Of a DNA stretch of 64,000 nucleotides, positions 55,876 through 64,000 are shown in pieces. The notes beneath the pieces are model-generated. The model worked only from the letters and a program-made list of their open reading frames with translations, was not told the DNA's origin and searched no databases. The translations under genes were made by a program, and so were the position numbers. The DNA is from Octopus vulgaris (taxonomy: Eukaryota), in assembly GCA_951406725.2 (NCBI GenBank), contig OX597827.1, forward strand, positions 41,912,001 to 41,976,000. Direction: 5' to 3'. Each line of letters begins with the position of its first letter. Position 1 is the first letter of the stretch.

Positions 55876-55990
55876 TTTAAAACAGTTTGATTCTGTTCCA
55901 TGCGACTAAAGGTTTTGCGAGCTTACACGGGTTTCTGTTAGAAGCTCGCAAAATTTTGTGCTGCATGCAGACGAATCAAATTGTTTTAAA
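55876..55990. other. ~115-nt imperfect hairpin
   Basis: tttaaaacagtttgattc/gaatcaaattgttttaaa and ttttgcgagctt/aagctcgcaaaa pair. Confidence 0.8.
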
Positions 55991-56006
55991 TAATCGTACA
56001 AGGTGT

Positions 56007-56175
56007 AGGCGTGGGTACGTGGCTGAGTGGTAAGAAATTTGCATCCTAACCACCACACGGTTCCGGGTTCAGTCCCACTGCGTGGCAATTTGGGCAAGTG
56101 CCTTCTATTCTAGTCTCGGGCCGACCAAAGCCTTGCGAGTGGATTTGGCAGACGGAAACTGAAAAGAAGCTCGTC

Positions 56176-56231
<56 letters not shown>

Positions 56232-56468
56232 GTGTGTGTGTGGGGGTGTGTGTGTGCCTTTGTGTTTGTGCTTGTCCACACCACCACCGCTCGCTTGACA
56301 ACTGATGATGGTGTATTTACGTCCCCGTAACTTAGCAGTTCGACAAAAGACATTGATAGAATAAGTTCGAGACTTACAAAGAATAAATCCAGAGGTGGAT
56401 TTCTTCGATTAACAGGTGGTGCTCCCTCCAAGCCACAGTCAATGACTGAAACAAGTAAAAGAATAAAA
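56007..56468 (+). mobile_element. SINE family A
   Basis: gtggctgagtggtaag..ggttcagtcccactgcgtggc..gaaacaagtaaaagaataaaa. Confidence 0.88.
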
Positions 56469-56759
56469 AAATGAATATTTATATAAATATACATCTTACC
56501 TGTTTAGGAAGAAAGCAGAAGAGCATAAATTTGATACATTGTTCACTCTTTGTGCTCGACAGGTGTTTCATTATGTTAAACCTCGTTAAATGTTCAATTA
56601 CATAATTGTGATACATAATAATCAATTTACATGAAATTAATTTAAAAGCTGGCTTTATGCAAATCATCAGTTATATTGTGTTGCGTTAATTAGATAACAT
56701 TCAGCGGTTTAAATACATCGAGACAAAGAGAAACATTTATATGCATATATGTATATATG

Positions 56760-57089
<330 letters not shown>

Positions 57090-57248
57090 TAGACTCCTTT
57101 GAGTTTCAGTCTATCAAATCCACTCACAGCGCTTTGGTCCGCTTGAGGCTGTTGTACAAGGTCATGACCAAAATATCACGCAGTGGGGCTGAGCCTGGAA
57201 CCATGTGGTTGGGAAGTAAGATTCCTACCACACACTCACGCCAGCGCA
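57090..57248 (-). mobile_element. SINE family A, 5' half
   Basis: caaatccactcac..cacgcagtgggg..gaaccatgtggtt. Confidence 0.7.
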
Positions 57249-57519
57249 TGTATATATGTATGTATGCATGTATGTATGTATGTATGTATGTATGTATGTA
57301 TGTATGTATGTATGTATGTATGTATGTATGTATGTATGTACGTATGTATGTATGTATGTATGTATGTATGCGAGTGTGTGTGTGAGTGTATGAATATATG
57401 TGTTTTTATGTGTGTATGATAAAATACTCAACTCTGAGAAAGTAATGTCCCCCAGTTCGACAAAAGAAACTTGTAATGAAACAGGTAATGAAACCATTAT
57501 ATGGAACCATATAGCCATA

Positions 57520-57880
57520 TATGGAATCATCATCAACGCTATATCACCGGTATCCTCTTTGTCGCGTCGTCATCATGGTTCTCGTCATGATATTTGCCGT
57601 CATAGACATCGCTGTCGTTTTGACTACGAACATCATCATTCCATATTATCATCGTTATATTTGTCATCAATGTCGCTCCTATCATTATCAACACGAACGT
57701 CTTTGTCATGCTTATCATCATCGTCATAATCGTTATCATCTTTAATCATGATGATGATGATCATCATCATCCTCATCATCATCATCATCAGCAGCAGCAT
57801 CATCAATCTTCATCATCAGCATCATCATCCTCATCATCAATCTTTAGCATCATCATCAATCTTTATCATCAACGTCAATA

Positions 57881-57919
<39 letters not shown>

Positions 57920-58379
57920 GTCAATGTTCATCATCATCATGAATGTTCATCATCATCAATCATCATCATCATCATCATCATCATCTTCATCATCCTCATC
58001 AATGTTCATCATCATTATCAATCTTCATCATCATTATCAATCTTTATTATCATCATCAATCATCATCATCAATCTTTATCATCATGATCAATTTCCATAA
58101 TCATTATCAATCTTCATCATCATCATCATCATCAAACATCATCATCTTCATCATCACCAATCTTCATCATCATCAATCTTGACCATCATCAGTCTTGATT
58201 ATCATCATCGTCGTTGTCGTCATGATCATGATCATCATGATCATCATCATCATCATGGTATATTGTTTTTATAACATTAAAATACTGATATGACACAAAA
58301 TTGCAAAAGTAAGAATTGAAAAATCAATAAATACACAGAATAAATAAATAAATAAATAAAATTATTAATAATAATAATA

Positions 58380-58423
<44 letters not shown>

Positions 58424-58493
58424 ATAAATCAAGCTTTCAAACAATGAAAACAACAATGAGAACAACAACAACGACGAAAATTACGACAAAATC

Positions 58494-58567
<74 letters not shown>

Positions 58568-58640
58568 TAATAATAATAATAACAACACTAATAATAACAA
58601 TTATAATAGTCGTAATAATAGTAATAATAATAGCGTCTGC
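57520..58640. repeat. (CAT)n, (GAT)n and (AAT)n tracts
   Basis: Directly visible. Confidence 0.9.
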
Positions 58641-59063
58641 GGCATTAACAGTTATATTAATAACACGAGAATAGAAAACTAGAAATAAAAAAAAAATTGG
58701 AAAAATATTTTTTTAAAAAAGCGATAACAATAAAAAAAAGAAGCGAAAACAAAAGCAAGCTACAATGGAAAACAGAAAACAAAATGGAGTCAATATAGAA
58801 TGGGAGTTTAGAAAATTTCAAACTTGTTTATTGTTAAGTGAATGACGCCATGTTTTTTGATGGCGTTTGTATGTAGAGAAAATCTGCTTGATCAGTTACA
58901 GAGAATATTTGTAACTCGTATGTGTCTCCATGTGTGTATTTGTTTATGACTGTGTATGAATGTGTTTGTGCGTGTGTGCGCGTGTGTGTGCGTGTATATG
59001 TGTGTGTGTATTTGTGTGTGTAAAGGAGAGTGAAAGAGGTTTTTCTCTCTCATTCTATACATG

Positions 59064-59131
<68 letters not shown>

Positions 59132-59693
59132 TGTGTGAGTGTGTGAGTGTGTGTGTATGTATATATATATACATATGTATGTATTAATATGTTCGTTTGT
59201 GCGTATATTTAAGTATATCTAAGTATTTATGTATGCACGTGTGTATATGTATATATATATCTATGTCTGTGTGTGTATAAACACATACACACACACACAT
59301 ATATATATAAAGACATGCACACACATATACTCAGGCATACAGACACACATATTGAACATTTTGCCATGTATATGTGTATGTATGTACAAATACTTAAAGT
59401 ATATATGAATGAATACACACACGCACACACACACACACACACAGATATATATACGCATGCATGTATACATGTGATTACACGTAAATGTCCGTAGAAGCGT
59501 ATGTATATGTAATTCGATATTTAATGATTTGAAGTGACATATATACCTGTATATATAAACAAACGTACATGTACGTGTGTATATAGATTTGGGTATGTGT
59601 GTATGTATATTAATGATTGTATGTGTATTTACATATATGTGACTTTGAAATCAATATGCAAAATTCTATAGACACACACCTACATGTGAGTAT

Positions 59694-59727
<34 letters not shown>

Positions 59728-59840
59728 GGACGCAGGCATACACACATGTATACTGCGTTCTTTAACTTGATGCTAATATATTCGTATATGTTTCTATCTC
59801 AGACAATAGCCTATGTACAAGTATGCGTATATATATATGT

Positions 59841-59879
<39 letters not shown>

Positions 59880-59900
59880 ATACCTATTCAAGTATGAGTT

Positions 59901-59944
<44 letters not shown>

Positions 59945-60178
59945 TTATATTTATATTTGTATGTGCATAGATATATAGATATATAAATATACATAGATAC
60001 ATATAAACGTAGAAACGTATATAAGTTTATACATAGATAATTATCTAACAAATATATATATACGTATACACACAAGCTTTTATATGGCTTCACATATAGG
60101 TGTACGACCATTATACATTTGCGTGTATATTAAAGTATAAAATATTTATATATGCATATATATGTAGAAACACACACA

Positions 60179-60263
<85 letters not shown>

Positions 60264-60784
60264 GCACACATTATTTGCAGCAGTCAGCATCATTCATGTT
60301 TTGGAAAATAATTCACAGACGTTATGCTTATTTCCCTATCGTACAAAGACGAAAATCGTGATATTTGCAACTAGCATTTTTTTGTTTCATTGAAATTTAT
60401 TCATATTCATTATGTAACATGCTACGCACTAATATGCACGTTCTCACGTATATATATATTATTCATATGTTTATAAATACACGTGTGTATGCATATATAT
60501 ATATATATATATATACATACCTGTCTCTGTATGTATCTATGAAACTATTTCTTACATAATTTGATGTTCATGTTTTATAGAAACATTTATACATACCCAC
60601 CACACAGGTATATTTGCGAAAATTGTTGTTGTTGTAGTTGTTGTTATTGTTGTTGTTGTTGTTGTTGTTCTTCTTCTTCTTCTTCTTCTTCTTCTTCTTC
60701 TTCTTCTTCTTCTTCTTCTTCTTCTTCTTCTTCTTCTTCTTCTTCTTCTTCTTCTTCTTCTTCTTCTTCTTCTTCTTTGTCCTG

Positions 60785-60930
60785 TTCTTCGATTCGAGAT
60801 GAAATTGCGCCGGGGTCAACTTTGTCTTTCATCTTTCCGGGGTCGATAAATTAAGTACCCGTGAAACAATGTGATTGATGTAATCAACTCCCGCAAAATT
60901 TCAGGCCGTGTGCCCTCGGAAGAAAGGATT
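60785..60930 (+). mobile_element. SINE family B fragment
   Basis: gggtcaactttgtctttcatc..gggtcgataaattaagtacc. Confidence 0.7.
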
Positions 60931-60933
60931 ACT

Positions 60934-60965
<32 letters not shown>

Positions 60966-60976
60966 ATCATCATTAC

Positions 60977-61021
<45 letters not shown>

Positions 61022-61054
61022 TATTATTATTATTATTATCATTATTACTATGTG

Positions 61055-61388
61055 AAGGCGCATGGCTCAGTGGTTATAGCGTCGAGCTTACAATCGTGAG
61101 GTTCTGAGTTCGAGTCCCGGACCGGGCTGCGTGTTGTGTTCTTGAGCAAGACACTTTATTTCACGTTGCTCCAGTTCACTCAGCTGTAGAAATGAGTTGC
61201 GACGTCACTGGTACCAAGCTGTATTGGCCCCTTTGCCTTTCCCTTGGATAACACTCATGGCGCGGAGAGGAGAGGCCTGTATACATGGGCGACTGCTGGT
61301 CTTCCATAAACAGCTTTGCCCGGACTTGTCCTCGGAGAGTAACTTTCTAGGGGCAATCCCATGGTCATTCATGACCGAAGGGGTCTCC
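61055..61388 (+). mobile_element. tRNA-derived SINE family D
   Basis: GGCGCATGGCTCAGTGGTTATAGCG..GAGTTCGAGTCCC..GTGTTCTTGAGCAAGACACTT; its 3' half recurs at 63105-63298. Confidence 0.85.
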
Positions 61389-61434
<46 letters not shown>

Positions 61435-62018
61435 GAGTGAGAGAGCAGTTCATGCCATCAAAGTGACACTGGGGTAAAATATACGAAGCCCAATATACCC
61501 ATCATGACTACCCGTCTGATAAGGGTACACCAGGCACATGCATCACAACCATATGTGCGCGACATGGTGATCTCATATAAAGATAAACAGCACATGACCT
61601 TGCAGGTGGGGCCCAGTTAGAATTTTCTTCAGGTTGAGTAGCCCATCCCGCTCAAAAGGTCCCTGAATAAGGGTTGTTTAAAGATGTTGAAAGAACGACC
61701 CATGTTTCCAAAGGTGAATTATTCAAACCCCAAAGAATCCCTCTCAACACATGGTTATGATGCTCCCCACTACTTCTGCTCGTGATCAGAGATGCACATA
61801 TCGTCAGCCACTAGGGGACATGCTCAACTGGTTACGGTCAAACAACTGACAAGCAAATCTGTGGTATTGAGCAGAATATTTGCTGTAGCCCATCTTTTAT
61901 ACCAAGACAAAACAATGTACATGATAACACTTCCAGTCAGTTAAGATCAGAAGCCATGAGAGCCACTGCCTGGTACTGCATCAGGGCATAGCCACTGCCT
62001 GGTACTGCATCAGGGCAT
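61435..62018 (-). mobile_element. Second copy of the ~600-bp (TAA)n-associated retroposon
   Basis: Reverse complement of 6031-6638; (ATT)n on both sides. Confidence 0.9.
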
Positions 62019-62051
62019 TTATTATTATTATTATTATCATTATTATTATCT

Positions 62052-62255
62052 AAGGCGGTGAGCTGGCAGAATCGTTACCGTGCCACGCAAAATGTTTAGC
62101 TGCATTTCATCCGTTTTTTCAAATTCTGCCGAGGTTGACTTTGCCTTTCATCCTCTAGGGGGTCGATAAAATAGGTGCCATTTGAGCACTCGGGTCGATG
62201 CAGTTGACTTATCCTCACCCCCGAAATTGCTGGCCTTGTTCCAAATTTTGAAAAA
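62052..62255 (+). mobile_element. SINE family B
   Basis: aaggcggtgagctggcagaatcgtt..gactttgcctttcatcc. Confidence 0.85.
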
Positions 62256-62807
62256 ATTATTGTTAGTTTTAATGTTGTTTTTAATATTGTAGTCTTTGTT
62301 TTGAGGTGAATGGGTATGTTGTCAAATCGTTCCGTAGTATTTTGATTTCTGCTAAATTTTTTCTAAATTCTACCAAACTCTACGGATTTTTTTTTTTCAT
62401 TTTTGATTATTTTGCAAACAGATATAGCTCAGATTGCGTAGATATTTAATTCAACGCTTCAGGAGTAGACGACACAAGTTTTCTTAGACATTCTCGTAAG
62501 GTTTCTGAAAAACATTATGGCTTCTGCTAATGGCGCACCCAGACAAATTAGAAGGAAAGAGAAAAGAACTTCACAAAATTTTCCACTGACAAGTAAACAT
62601 TTAACTCTTGAGCATTTAAACTGTCCAGATCCCGTCCAAATACTCTACTTGTTTTATACTCCACCCGACCATATCCAGACTCTCATACCTACCCTACAAT
62701 GTCATTCTGAAAATAAACATCATCATCATCGAAATCTGGAAGCTACGAGATAATACGTAACTAAATTCAAATCGATTTAAATAAATAAGCATTATAACTG
62801 ACACAGA

Positions 62808-63298
62808 TGGCGCACTGGCCCCGTGGTTAGGGCAGCGGACTCGCGGTTTCAATTCCCAGACCGGGCATTGTGAGTGTTTATTGAGCAAAAACACCTAAAG
62901 CTTCACGAGGCTCCGGCAGGGGGTAGTGGTGAACTCTACTGTACTCTTTCACCACAACTGTCTCTCACTCTTTCTTCCTGTTTCTGTTATGCCTGTATTT
63001 CAAAGGGCTAGCCTTGTCACACCCTGTGTCACGCTGAATCTCCTCGAGAACTACGTTAAGGGTACACGTGTCTGTGGAGTGCTCAGCCACTTGAACGTTA
63101 ATAAATGAACTGTAACGTCACTGGTGCCAAGCTGTATCGGTCTTTGCCTTTTCCTTGGATAACATCGGTGGCGTGGAGAGGGGAGGCTGGTATGCATGAG
63201 CGGCTGCTAGTCTTCCATAAACAACCTTGCCCAGACTTGTGCCTCGCAGGTTAACTTTCTAGATGCAATCCCATGGTCATTCATGACCGAAGGTGGTC
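62808..63298 (+). mobile_element. SINE family C copy fused to the 3' half of family D
   Basis: ggcgcactggccccgtggttagggcagcggactcgcgg.., then acgtcactggtgccaagctg..catgaccgaagg. Confidence 0.75.
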
Positions 63299-63608
63299 AC
63301 AACAATAACTGACAGAGTAATCTGAATGCTAAAGGGTTAAAACACTTCTCTGGTTGAACTATCTTGACAAGGTTGGAGCTATGTTAATTTTAACAGGATA
63401 AGTGCATAGTTTCACTCCAAGAGCTTGGGTCGAGTTGAGAATGTGGTAAAGGTAAAATGTTCAAGAAGTGACACAATAGGATCGAACATTGGCCCAGAAA
63501 CTTCTTAAGCTTTCATGCTTGACACGTATACACAAAAACATATGCAAACACAAACTCACACACGCATATGTATGTAGCTATGTGTGTCTGTGTATATGTG
63601 TATGTGTG

Positions 63609-64000
63609 TGCGAGCTGGCGGAAACGTTAGCACGCCGGGCGAAATGCTTAGTAGTATTTCCTGTGCCACTACGTTCTGAGTTCAAATTCCGCCGAGGTCG
63701 ACATTGCCTTTTATCCTTTCGGGGTCGATTAAATGAGTACCACTTACGCACTGGGGTCGATATAATCGACTCAGTCCGTTTGTCTGTCCTTGTTTGTCGT
63801 CTCTGTGTTTAGCCCCTTGTGGGTAGTAAAGAAATACGTATTTCTTCTGCCGCTACGTTCTGAGTTCAAATTCCGCCGAGGTCGACTTTGCCTTTCATTC
63901 ATTCGGAGTCGATCAAATAAGTACCAGTTACGCAATGGGGTCGATATAATCGATTTGATCCGTTTGTCTGTCCTTGTTTGTCTCCTCTGTGTGTAGCCCC
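63609..64000 (+). mobile_element. SINE family B tandem dimer (runs off the window)
   Basis: Two units joined at gtaaagaaatacgtatttc. Confidence 0.9.

Overview
Eukaryotic, AT-rich, extremely microsatellite-dense genomic DNA, most likely cephalopod (Octopus-like), inferred from the tRNA-derived SINE families and the repeat content. No intact protein-coding gene is recognisable, and almost all listed ORFs are translated microsatellites. The window is a mosaic of decayed mobile elements: R4/Dong-type RLE non-LTR retrotransposon pieces sitting in (TAA)n runs; Penelope-like RT and GIY-YIG fragments; mariner remnants and a MITE; a Lep1-like non-autonomous Helitron; and about 25 SINE copies, including tandem arrays. 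Four things stand out. (1) About ten minimal type-I hammerhead-ribozyme motifs occur in short elements, several next to (TA)n; one has a fully canonical core (28497-28569, minus strand) and one family has an altered core. (2) A ~600-bp non-coding (TAA)n-targeted retroposon has reiterated 5' ends in both full-length copies. (3) An R4/Dong element is a chimera of two subfamilies. (4) There is a tentative spliced plus-strand small-ORF gene (32.8-38.9 kb). All calls were made by eye; no database search was run.
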